Assembly (NCBI GenBank): GCA_963718615.1 | Contig: OY970368.1 | Coordinates: 3,072,001-3,136,000 of the forward strand | DNA length: 64,000 bases | From: an uncultured cyanobacterium | Lineage (GTDB): Bacteria > Cyanobacteriota > Cyanobacteriia > PCC-9006 > JAAUQQ01 | Reading direction: 5' to 3' | Notes under the pieces: generated by a model | Seen by the model: the letters and a program-made list of their open reading frames with translations, nothing else | What the model was told of the DNA's origin: nothing | The model's database searches: none | In this document: positions 42,503 to 53,443 of the stretch, piece after piece | Layout: the number at the start of each line of letters is the position of its first letter | Position numbering within the stretch: position 1 is the stretch's first letter | Position numbers and translations under genes: made by a program

Positions 42503-42672
42503 GATGTCGAAGCGTTATGGGCTGAGTATTGTGTGCTGAGTTGAGGATGAGGCTATGGGGTAGCCTTCTCTATTTTAGGGCTGCGGGTTTAGAGGTGCTG
42601 GTTTTGGGGCGCACAATGTTAAGTTAGGTTACAGCTATTCATTTTACTGCCGTTTTACCAAAAATCTTTGCC

Positions 42673-43206
42673 ATGGGTATTTCTCGGTTGTGGTCCGGTC
42701 GGGTTTTGTGGAGTCGGTTGGGAACTGTGGCGATCGCCAGTCTCTTGGCCATTGTCTTGCTCTTGCCAGGGAGCGCTTGGGCCGCTAGCTCTAGTACGCT
42801 CAAGTCTTCTCGCATTGAGGATGGGCAAACGGATTTTGCGGGTCAAAATTTGATTCAGGTCGAGTTTGTCAATTTGAAGCTTCAGGGGGCAGATTTTAGC
42901 AATGCGGATCTGCGGGGCGCTGTGTTCAATGGCTCCAATGTGCGGGAGGCCAATTTTCACGGGGCTGATTTTACCGATGGTATTTCCTATTCCACCAGTT
43001 TTAGAAATGCGGATTTGTCCGACGCGGTGCTGAACTCGGCGCTGTTGCTACAATCCTATTTTGATGGGGCCAATGTCACGAATACGGACTTTTCATTTGC
43101 GGTGATTGATGGGGTTCAGCTATCGATTTTGTGTAAGACGGCGAGCGGTGTGAATCCTAAAACTGGCGTTGATACGCGCGAATCTCTGGGCTGTTCGAAT
43201 AGCTGA
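42673..43206 (+). CDS. Exported pentapeptide-repeat protein
   Basis: Signal peptide (AWA), A(D/N)(F/L)xx repeats, C-terminal [20 protein letters not shown]. Confidence 0.92.
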   Translation: MGISRLWSGRVLWSRLGTVAIASLLAIVLLLPGSAWAASSSTLKSSRIEDGQTDFAGQNLIQVEFVNLKLQGADFSNADLRGAVFNGSNVREANFHGADFTDGISYSTSFRNADLSDAVLNSALLLQSYFDGANVTNTDFSFAVIDGVQLSILCKTASGVNPKTGVDTRESLGCSNS

Positions 43207-43388
43207 ACTGCGACTGAGCTAATCCTGATCTAGCCCTGAGCTACTATGGTGCTTTCACGTCATGCTTTAATGTTGTGCTTTCTTCATCCCAGCGCAGTGG
43301 CTACGATGAATTTATCGCCTATCTCAAAGCGCAGAGAATTTGGGATAGCGCGATTCTGATTCGCCAAGTTTTGCAGCGGTCGGTCCCC

Positions 43389-44222
43389 ATGACACTCTCG
43401 GAAAAACTGGCTCAAATCGATCGCCTCAAGGGCTGGCTCGATGCCTTTCGCCCACTCCCTGCGTCGGTCGTAGCGGAGTTGAAAGCCCTGTATGATGTGC
43501 GGTTTACGTACACCTCTAATGCGATCGAGGGAAACACGTTAACCCAAAGTGAGACTCAGCTTGTGTTGGAGCGGGGGATTACGGTGGGTGGGAAGAGTCT
43601 GACGGAGCATTTGGAGGTGGTTGGCCATAAGGAGGCGATCGACTATATCGAAGCCTTGGCACGGCAGGAGACAGCGATTGGAGAATGGGAGATTCGGCAA
43701 ATCCATAGTTTGATTCTGCGCAAGATTGCCCCAGAGGAAGCGGGCTGCTATCGACAGCTTGATGTCAGAGCAGCAGGAACGGAATATGTGTATCCGCCCC
43801 ATTATGCTGTGTCTGAGTTGATGGCGGAGTTTGTGGAATGGTTAGGGTCTGAAATGGTTCGGACGATGCATCCGGTTTGGCGCGCGACGGTGGCCCATGT
43901 AAAGTTTGTGTCGATTCATCCATTTCGGGAGGGTAATGGGCGAACAGGCCGGTTATTCATGAATTTGTTGCTGTTGCGATCGGGGTATCCGATTGTGGTG
44001 ATTAGCAATCGGGTTCGGCAGGCTTATATTGAGGCGTTGGTGGCAGCGCAGCAGGCTTCTGATTTGGAGCCGATGCTGGAGTTGGTTGCTAATGCGATGG
44101 AGGATGCGTTGATTGACCTGTTGCGGGGGGTGGCGACGGCGGGGGAGAGTCGCGGGAGGGGGTTGAGGTTTTATCGGGAGATGATGGAGATTTTGGATCA
44201 GGGGATGGGTTCGAATCCCTAG
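43389..44222 (+). CDS. Fic family protein with N-terminal inhibitory motif
   Basis: HPFREGNGRTGR Fic motif; SNAIEGN inhibitory helix; ATG 43389 preferred start. Confidence 0.92.
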   Translation: MTLSEKLAQIDRLKGWLDAFRPLPASVVAELKALYDVRFTYTSNAIEGNTLTQSETQLVLERGITVGGKSLTEHLEVVGHKEAIDYIEALARQETAIGEWEIRQIHSLILRKIAPEEAGCYRQLDVRAAGTEYVYPPHYAVSELMAEFVEWLGSEMVRTMHPVWRATVAHVKFVSIHPFREGNGRTGRLFMNLLLLRSGYPIVVISNRVRQAYIEALVAAQQASDLEPMLELVANAMEDALIDLLRGVATAGESRGRGLRFYREMMEILDQGMGSNP

Positions 44223-47200
44223 GATGTGATGAGGGCTTGGACTTCGTTGGCTTTTTCGGTGAGGTCTAGGTGTTGATAAAGGGCTAGGCTTTGGCTCAGG
44301 TATTGGCGGGCGGTTTGGGGGGCGTTGGGGTCGGTTTGGTTGGGATGTTGATAGATTTCGCCGAGGAGTTTGAGGGCGTCGGCTTGGTGTTTTTGGCGGT
44401 TGTAGGTTTGGAAGGTTTGGAGGGATTTTTGGGTGAGGGTGGTGGCTTGTGGGAGGTCTAGGAGGGCGGGGGTTTCGAGGTGGGCTCGGGCGATATCGAG
44501 GGTTTCTTCGGCGGCGATGAGGGTTTGGTTGAGGCTGGAGAAGAGGTTTAGGGCTTGGGTATAGCTGGTTTTGAATTGGCTGATGAGGGTTGGTGGGTTG
44601 GGGTCGTTGGGGGGGCGGTGGCGGAGTTGTTCGGCTTGGAGGAGGCTGAGGACGATGTGGTCGTAGGCGAGGTTTTCGGTGTATTGTTTTTGGGTGTTGA
44701 TTTGGAGGGCTTGTTGGAGGTTTTGTTGGGCTTGGGTGAGTTGGATGAGGGCGGTGTTTGGGTCGGGGGTTTGGTGGGCTTGTTGGCGTTGGGTGTTGGC
44801 GAGGCGTCTGAGTTGGCGGGCGAGGTTTTCTGAGTGGTCGAGTTTTTTATAGATGTCGTAACTTTGTTGATGATACTGGGCTGCTGTATCGTATTGTTTT
44901 TGTGCGGAGTAGATACTCCCTTGCTGTCGATACGAATCGGCAATGTCTAGCTTCTCGTCTAGCTTTTGACGAAGAGCCAAGTCTTGTTGTGCTGCTTCCA
45001 AAGCTTGCTCATACTTACCCCAGTCTCGATAGCTATCCGATATCCAATACCACTGGTTAGCAACCTTAGAATCTTTTCCTAACTGCTGATAGAGATCTCG
45101 GCTTTGGATGTATTGAGTGATCGCCTCTCCATACTTACTCCAGGCTTGATAGATTCTTCCCAATTGCCAATAAACAGCAGCAATTTCAGAAGAATCATCC
45201 AGCCGTTGACGAATCGCTAACTCCTGCTGCTGTGCTTCTAAGGCTTGCTCATACTTACCCCAATCTCGATAGCAAACTGATATCCGATACCACTGGTTAG
45301 CAACATCAGAATCTTTGCTTAACTGCTGATAAAGGTCTCGGCTTTGGATGTAGTGGCCGATCGCCTCTTCATACTTACTCCAGGCTTGATAGATTCTTCC
45401 CAATTGCCAATAAACAGCAGCAATTTCAGAAGAATCATCCAGCCGTTGACGAATCGCTAACTCCTGCTGCTGTGCTTCTAAGGCTTGCTCATACTTACCC
45501 CAATCTCGATAGCTATCCGATATCCAATACCACTGATTAGCAACATTAGAATCTTTGCCTAATTGCTGATAGAGATCTCGGCTTTGGATGTGGTGGGCGA
45601 TCGCCTCTTCATACTTGCTCCAGGATTGATAGATTCTTCCCAATCGCCAATAAGCAAGGGCAATTCCAGAGGAATCATCCAGCCGTTGACGAATCGCTAA
45701 ATCCTGCTGCTGTGCTTCTAAGGCTTGCTCATACTTACCCCAATCTCGATAGCTATCCGATATCCAATACCACTGATTAGCAACATTAGAATCTTTGCCT
45801 AATTGCTGATAGAGATCTCGGCTTTGGATGTGGTGGGCGATCGCCTCTTCATACTTACTCCAGGCTTGATAGATTCTTCCCAAGGCATAGTAAGCTCTAG
45901 CAACTCCAGAAGAATCATCTAGACTTTGATGAATCGCTAGATATCGCTGCATTGCTTCCAAAGCTTGCTCATACCTACCCCAGTCTCGATAGCTATCTGA
46001 TATCCAATACCACTGAGTAGCAACATTAGAATCTTTGCCTAACTGCTGATAGAGGTCTCGACTTTGGGTGTGGTGGGCGATCGCCTCTTCATACTTGCTC
46101 CACGCTTGGTAGATTCTTCCTAATCGCCAATAAGCAGTAGCAACCCCAGATGAATCATCCAGCCGCTGACGAATTGCTAACTCCTGCTGTGCTTCTAAGG
46201 CTTGCTCATACTTGCCCCAGTCTCGATAGCTATCCGATATCCAACCCCACATATTAGCAACATCAGAGTCTTTGCCTAACTGCTCATAGAGGTCTCGGCT
46301 TTGGATGTAGTGGCCGATCGCCTCTTCATACTTACTCCACTCTTGGTAGATTCTTCCCAATCGCAAATAAGCAAGGGCAACTCCAGAAGGAATCATCCAG
46401 CCGTTGACGAATCGCTGAATCCTGCTGCTCTGCTTCCAATGCTTGCTCATACTTACCCCAGTCTCGATAGCTATCCGATATCCAACCCCACATATTAGCA
46501 ACATCAGAGTCTTTGCCTAACTGCTCATAGAGGTCTCGGCTTTGAGTGTGGTGGGCGATCGCCTCTTCATACTTGCTCCAGGCTTGATAGATTTTTCCCA
46601 AGGCATAGTAAGCTCCAGCAACCCCAGAAGAATTATCTAGACTTTGACGAATCGCTAAACATTGCTGCCTTGTTTCCACAGCCTGCTCATACTTACCCCA
46701 ATCTCGATAGCAATCTGATATCCAAGCCCACTGATTCGCAACATTAGAATCTTTGCCTAATTGCTGATAGAGGTCTCGACTTTGGGTGTGGTGGGCGATC
46801 GCTTCTTCATACTTGCTCCACTCTTGGTAGATTCTTCCCAATCGCCAATAAGCAGTAGCAATTCCAGAAGGAATCATCCAGCCGTTGACGAATTGCTAAT
46901 TCTTGCTGCTGTGCATCCAATGCTTGCTCATACTTACCCCAGTCTCGATAGCAATCTGATATCCAATACCACTGATTAGCAACATTAGAATCTTTGCCTA
47001 ATTGCTGATAGAGGTCTCGACTTTGGGTGTGGTGGGCGATCGCCTCTTCATACTTGCTCCAGGCTTGATAGATTTGTCCAATTTGTCGATAAACACTAGC
47101 AATTTCAGAAGAATCATCCAGCCGTTGACGAATTGCTAACTCCTGCTGCTGTGCATCCAATGCTTGCTCATACTTACCCCAGTCTCGATAGCTATCCGAT

Positions 47201-50200
47201 ATCAAACACCACAGGTTAGCAACATTAGAATCTTTGCCTAATTGCTGATAGAGGTCTCGACTTTGGGTGTGGTAAGCGATTGCCTCTTCATACTTACTCC
47301 AGGCTTGATAGATTCTTCCCAATCGCCAATAAGCAGTAGCAATTCCAGAAGGAGTCTTCCAGCCGTTGACGAATTGCTAACTCCTGCTGCTGTGCATCCA
47401 ATGCTTGCTCATACTTACCCCAGTCTCGATAGCTATCCGATATCAAACACCACAGGTTAGCAACATTAGAATCTTTGCCTAATTGCTGATAGAGGTCTCG
47501 ACTTTGGGTGTGGTAAGCGATTGCCTCTTCATACTTACTCCAGGCTTGATAGATTCTTCCCAATCGCCAATAAGCAGTAGCAATTCCAGAAGGAGTCTTC
47601 CAGCCGTTGACGAATTGCTAACTCCTGCTGTTCTGCTTCCAAAGCTTGCTCATACTTGCCCCAGTCTCGATAACTATCCGATATCCAATACCAGAGATCT
47701 GCAACATTAGAGTCTTTGCCTAACTGCTGATAGAGGTCTCGACTTTGGGTGTAGTGGGCGATCGCCTCTTCATACTTATTCCAGGCTTGATAGATGCTTC
47801 CCAATTGCCAATAAGCAGTAGCAATTCCAGAGGAGTCTTCCAGCCGTTGACGAATTGCTAAATCCTGCTGTTCTGCTTCCAAAGCTTGCTCATACTTACC
47901 CCAATCTCGATAGCAAGCTGATATCCAACCCCATAGATTAGCAACATCAGAATCTTTGCCTAACTGCTGATAGAGGTCTCGACTTTGGGTGTGGTGGGCG
48001 ATCGCTTCTTCATACTTGCTCCAGGCTTGATAGATTTGTCCAATTTGTCGATAAACACTAGCAATTTCAGAAGAATCATCCAGCCGTTGACGAATTGCTA
48101 ATTCTTGCTGCTGTGCATCCAATGCTTGCTCATACTTACCCCAGTCTCGATAGCTATCTGATATCCAATACCACTGGTTAGCAACATTAGAATCTTTGCC
48201 TAATTGCTGGTAGAGGTCTCGACTTTGGGTGTAGTGGGTGACTGCCTCTTCATACTTACTCCAGGCTTGATAGCTTCGGGCAAGGTGCCAAAAGAGATAA
48301 GCCTCAGCCTTAAGGTTCTGAGCTTGTTGAGCAATAGCAATAGCCTGCTGAAAGCACTGTAGGGATTCTGCGTATCTACCATGAGATCTGTAACAAACAC
48401 CCCGATATCTCCATAAAATTAACTGCTCAGCAGAATCCGAATCAACATTCAATTTATCCGAACATTGCTGATAATATTGCAAGCCTTGATCATAATCATC
48501 TTTCTTCTCATAGGCAATCGCAATTGCCCACTCTACAAATCCACCAAAATAGCAATTATCCTCATCCACCAGCAATTCCAACCGCTCCAGCGCCCGATCA
48601 TAATGATCTGCCCTCAAATACGATAGGGAGGCTACAAACACCAAGCATCGACGATCATCAGAATCAAAATACCCTAAATCTAATGCTCGCTCCAGCACCG
48701 GGCTCATCTCCGCACCCAATTCTGCCATCAAGTCTCGTATATCACCAAACAATGAAGGCGTAAGGTGCTGCATAACCTCCACAACTCGTTCTGCCAACAA
48801 TTCTTCCGAATTACCACAAGCCACATACAACATCGCTACCCAAGCTCGGTTCCGCTGCTCAGTCGAAAGCTGTCGGTTCTCCACCGCCTGCTGCAATCGC
48901 CCCCAAACCTGATGATTAAAAGCTTCAATCCCCCGCAATCGCTGCAAGAGTTGCTTAACGGGCTCTTTACTAAATCCCTCATCTAACCCCAAATAAGTCA
49001 ACACCAACCTGTCAACCTGCCTAGCACAAAACGTTGACAACACCCGCACTTCAGCCAATATCTGTCCCACAAACAGCAAATCTTGCCACAGCCCCTCCGA
49101 CTCCCGTATCGCACTTTCTGATTGCGAATACCACAATAGAATCGGATTATCGCTCCCAGAATTCTGAAGGCGAATCTCTTGCCCTAAAATATTCGGCTGA
49201 TACTCTGATAAATTACGAAATAACTGCTCCAAAAGGCGATTGGTTCGTTTCTGGTCAGCACTTAAATACCCGAGCGCCAACAAAATCGGCTCATTCCACC
49301 GGGCCTGATTGCGATAGGGACCAATAATCTCCAAAATTTCACTAATCTCATTATCCGCAATCTGCCGAGCCGCAAAATACTCCTCAAACGTCAGATGCAT
49401 AAACCCATACATCTCCGGAGCCCGCTCCACAAATAGCCCCGTCGTCTCCCGCACCTTCCGCAAAAACTGCCGCACTAACTCCAGCGCAGCCTGCTCATCC
49501 ACCCCCTGCAATTCCATCATGTGCGGCGTCAGCCATCGCTCAACCTCCCCCTGGGCCACAATCCCCGAAGGCTTCTCCTCATGCATCCGCAGCGCCAGCG
49601 GAGCCAAAAGCGCCGTTACCTCTTCCTCCACCAACATCAACTGCCGATGTCTAGCCTGATAAGGAATATTGCGGCCAAGCTGCCAATCCTCAATCAACGT
49701 CTTTGCCGCCAATTGATAGAGCTCCACCCGACGCTGGGGCAACCGCGTACCATTGCGATGGATCAGCGCCAAAATCGTCAAAAGCAAAGGATTCGCTGCA
49801 AATCGCCTCACCCCTTGATTGCTCGAAATTTCCTGCACAATCTCTTGGGCTTCCCGATCCGCATCCCGCTGTTGTCGCTCCGCCTCAACCTCTGGCCGCT
49901 GCGCGATTTCGACCGCCAAACACCAACGCCTCAGGAATTGCTCAATCTGTTCATCCCCCATGGGCGTAATCGTAAATTCTCGAAACCGGCTTCCCAACGC
50001 AGCCTGCTTGTACCCCGCAATCCGACTTGTAACCACAAACTTGTTATTACGATACTCATCAACCAATCGATTAATGTGTTGAACAACCTGCACCCGATTG
50101 TCTTGATCAAACACCTCATCCAATCCATCCAGCAAAACCAAACAATCCCCTGTCGCCATTCGGTTCAGCAGCAGATTCGCCACAGAATCCCCATCCGTAG

Positions 50201-51347
50201 CCTCAAAACGGTGCTCCCACTGGCGATAAAATTGCTGGAGATAATCTACCAGGCTCAACTCTGGCGTATCAGTCAACCGTTCCGCATAGTCCGCAATCCG
50301 AAACAGAATGGGCAACCGCATATCTCCCAGTTCTTCTTCTTTCCCCCCTACCACGGTGGAGAGACGATCCCGCTGAGCCAAGGCAAAATGCCTTGCTAAG
50401 TAGCGCAGCAACGTCGTTTTCCCAGCCCCCGGATCACCCAAAATCACGCAATAGGTGTGCTTACGCACCGCCTCCGCCAGATCCACCACCTTCGTCACTC
50501 GCTGTTGCCGAGTATCAGACTCAACAGGACGCTCAAGCGTTATTTCCTGTTTCAATGCTCCAACGAGCTTAAGCGGTGATTTTCTACCTGGCTCTAAACT
50601 CTCTTCCCATTCACTTGCCCCTGAACCCACAGCCCCATTTATCGGGCTCAGATTCACGGGCGACTCTACTGCAACAATCTGTTCTTTGAAAGACTGGCTT
50701 CGCTTTTCCTCCCAGGAGCCCTGTAGTGATACATAAATTTGATCTAGGGAAATATCAACCTGCCGATTGACCTGCATGACCCCACTGACCCTCAGCCGTG
50801 AGTTTTCTGAGATTAGCCATTCCAAATAGGGATATAGCAACGGATCAAGCTGAGGACGTGTCGTAAAGATCGCGACTTTGCCCCGCCAATCCCAAAAGTC
50901 TGCAGCCCGTCGCCGAAACTCCTCTAAAAAAGACTCTCGATTCAGCCAAAAGACCAAAATCAAACCCTGCTCAAAAATTCGCTCTCTCCCCAAATTGAGC
51001 TGTTCCATTTCCTGCCGAAGCAAATCAGGCCGGAGCTGCTCTAAGCCAAAGGCCATCACAATTCGGCGTGTCGGGTTAGTCTTTGCTGAATCGGCTGGCA
51101 ATTGATGTAGAAAGTTAAATAATGAATCCTCGCTGTAATGAAACGTCAAAAAATGAAATTCATTTTCTAACTGCTGGATCTCTATCTTAAACGCCTGGGA
51201 AACAGGATGATCTGGAGCACTATCCGGTGTAATTGCAAACAGCGTCAAGCTCCGCTCGCTCATGGCTACAGCATTGACTAATTTAGCCAACTCGTCCCGT
51301 TCTTCGGCATCAAGAAGATGTAGATGATTTTCCGATTGAGTCATCAT
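44219..51347 (-). pseudogene. NLR-like NACHT NTPase with TPR-repeat sensor, split by four +1 frameshifts (2374 aa if corrected)
   Basis: Walker A GDPGAGKTT, Walker B LLDGLDEV, VTSR, ANPLLL, winged-helix FMHLTFEEYFAA; TPRs continue across ORFs 47535..51347, 47294..47563, 46807..47322, 46332..46877 and 44219..46504; 7129 nt minus 4 = 2375 codons. Confidence 0.88.
44960..48290. repeat. 14 tandem ~240-bp repeats, each encoding two 40-aa TPRs
   Basis: GC(T/C)TGCTCATAC anchor at about 45003, 45243, 45483, 45723, 45963, 46200, 46441, 46681, 46922, 47162, 47403, 47644, 47884 and 48124. Confidence 0.95.
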
Positions 51348-52639
51348 CAGTTCTCCCCATTCATAGAGCGCCAGCGTTCCAAATCGATAGCCAAAATTGG
51401 ATTAATATCAAACCATCGGCCTTGCTCAGGATCCTGATACCCCAAGACTAACTTATTGTGCAGAAGTTCATCGCAGATCACAACCTTGCCATATTTAGGG
51501 GAATCAAAGGAATTCGTGGTCAATTGCCCTGTTTTTTTGACCGTATTCAGCTCCGGAAACTGATAATCTTCAACCGTATAGCCTTGCCGCTCCTCTCGTA
51601 CAGCATCTTGGGCTAGGGCGAGGCTGATTTCGCTACTTTTTTTACGTAGGGCCACTTCTCCAGAGGTTCGTGCCAGACGGACCAGATCGCGCATTACCCC
51701 CCCACTTGTCTCACAAAGCAGATTCAAGGCATCAGGATGGAACAGGTTTCTGAAGGTCGGCTCCAGCGTTCCCAACCTCTTCTGAATCACCGTTGTTAGA
51801 ATATGTCGTCCAACTCGATCTGACTCATGGGTTGGTCGTGCGTGATCATCACATTTAAAAACCGGGATATTAGATAAGTCTAGGCATTTATCAAAGCTCT
51901 GCATTGGCTGCCTAAATGCCGAGGAATAACGTAATGAGATCGGAATTGCATAAACGATATGACAGTTTAGATCAGTCATCAAAGAACTAGAGAACATCTC
52001 TAGTGCAATCCCAAAATCTTTTCTATCCAAACCATCTACAATCACCAAGAGCTTTGGCTTATTCTGCTCTGCCACCGCAATGATTTCGTTAACCTTCGCA
52101 ACAATTTCACCTATTGCTGGACGAACTTCACGAGTCGCTGTTGTTTCTCGTTGAAACCCAACCTTTAACAGCAGTCCTAAGTCTTTAAAAAGCTTTGGCA
52201 ATTCTAGCTGTCCACCACCAGTAACTTTGTCTTGATAGGTGATACGCGCTAGACTCGTTAGTAATTCCTGCTCTAGCTTCCGAGGTAGCCTCCACCCAAG
52301 CTTTGTGAGCTGTTGGACAATTTGTAACCCAATCAGAACAACTACTTCCGCATAACCAATATTGTATTTGTCTAGAGCTGTGTCAGTGTCCACCCAGACA
52401 ACGGTGTAGTCTGAGACACATTTTTGTTCGAGTCGCCGTAGCTCTGTCGTTTTTCCACCTCCCCGATGACCCGCCAGCAGAAACTTTGCCGCTCCATCAT
52501 CCATTGCCAGAAGTTCTATGAGACTATCGACTGGACTATCCTCTCGACGTACATAAAAATCTCGTAACTCTCTGTCTATCAACGGTTCATCGGGCTTAAA
52601 GAGCTGATAGACAGGGGTCCAAAACTTAAGATCACTCAT
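51347..52639 (-). CDS. P-loop ATPase (AAA+/STAND-like), translationally coupled to the NACHT-TPR gene
   Basis: LAGHRGGGKTTEL Walker A, LLVIVDGLDR Walker B, SGGVMRDLVRL, C-terminal WFDINP; TGATG stop/start overlap at 51349-51345. Confidence 0.88.
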   Translation of the reverse strand: MSDLKFWTPVYQLFKPDEPLIDRELRDFYVRREDSPVDSLIELLAMDDGAAKFLLAGHRGGGKTTELRRLEQKCVSDYTVVWVDTDTALDKYNIGYAEVVVLIGLQIVQQLTKLGWRLPRKLEQELLTSLARITYQDKVTGGGQLELPKLFKDLGLLLKVGFQRETTATREVRPAIGEIVAKVNEIIAVAEQNKPKLLVIVDGLDRKDFGIALEMFSSSLMTDLNCHIVYAIPISLRYSSAFRQPMQSFDKCLDLSNIPVFKCDDHARPTHESDRVGRHILTTVIQKRLGTLEPTFRNLFHPDALNLLCETSGGVMRDLVRLARTSGEVALRKKSSEISLALAQDAVREERQGYTVEDYQFPELNTVKKTGQLTTNSFDSPKYGKVVICDELLHNKLVLGYQDPEQGRWFDINPILAIDLERWRSMNGEN

Positions 52640-52786
52640 AGCGCCAAGACAAATCTGAGGATATTACGCAGCACTGATATTATGCGTGCTTTGGATGATG
52701 CAAGGTGAGACATGGATCACGTCCGAGACGTTACACTGTAGCCATGGCTCCTCCGCTATGGCTTTCCACCCCAGGAGACTCCATCC

Positions 52787-53362
52787 ATGGTCGTCACCAT
52801 CAACCTCCAGCCAACCCTTGAGTTAACCGACGTGCAGTTCGAACAGATCTGCCACCAAAATCGTGACCTAAAATTTGAGCGCACCGCCAAAGGAGGATTG
52901 GTCATTATGTCCTTAACAGGGGGCGAGACTGGCGAACGTAATGCTGAGATCAACGGCCAACTGTGGCTTTGGAATCGCCAAGCCCGTCTTGGTCACATCT
53001 ATGACTCCTCCACAGGCTTTCGGTTACCCAACGGAGCCATTCGCTCGCCCGATGCCGCCTGGATCAGCCAACCTCGCTGGGAAGCCCTCACCCCTCAACA
53101 ACGTCAACGCTGGGTGCCGCTTTGTCCTGATTTTGCCGTGGAATTGAAGTCCCCTTCCGATGACATTGAAGACTTGCGGATCAAGATGCGGGAATATCTC
53201 GAAAATGGCTTGCAATTGGGTTGGTTAATCGACCCAGAGAGCCAAATCGTAGAACTGTATCGAGCCGATCAAGCCGTTGAAATTTTGAGCCATCCAGAAA
53301 CCCTTTCCGCAGAAGAACTGATGCCGGGGTTTGTTTTAAGTTTGGTTGGAATTCTAGAGTGA
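52787..53362 (+). CDS. Uma2 (DUF820) family endonuclease
   Basis: DSSTGFRLPNGAIRSPDAAW, CPDFAVELKSPSD, KMREY, LGWLIDP. Confidence 0.95.
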   Translation: MVVTINLQPTLELTDVQFEQICHQNRDLKFERTAKGGLVIMSLTGGETGERNAEINGQLWLWNRQARLGHIYDSSTGFRLPNGAIRSPDAAWISQPRWEALTPQQRQRWVPLCPDFAVELKSPSDDIEDLRIKMREYLENGLQLGWLIDPESQIVELYRADQAVEILSHPETLSAEELMPGFVLSLVGILE

Positions 53363-53374
53363 TGGGCGATCGCC

Positions 53375-53413
53375 AAAAAAGGACGCCTTACTCCCGAAGA
53401 AGCAACAGCGCCC
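53375..53413 (-). terminator. Intrinsic terminator of the SdrD-B repeat gene
   Basis: Minus strand GGGCGCTGTTGCT-loop-AGTAAGGCGTCC followed by TTTTTT. Confidence 0.6.
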
Positions 53414-53443
53414 AGTCCTCACCTATTCTGCTATTCTGCTCAA

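Noticed and set aside
44960-48290. Diversity-generating retroelement as the source of TPR variation
   Set aside because: No reverse transcriptase or template/variable repeat pair in the window; whole variant blocks recur between units, which fits recombination
49521-50399. 292-aa plus-strand ORF
   Set aside because: Antisense to the NACHT core; produced by the strand skew
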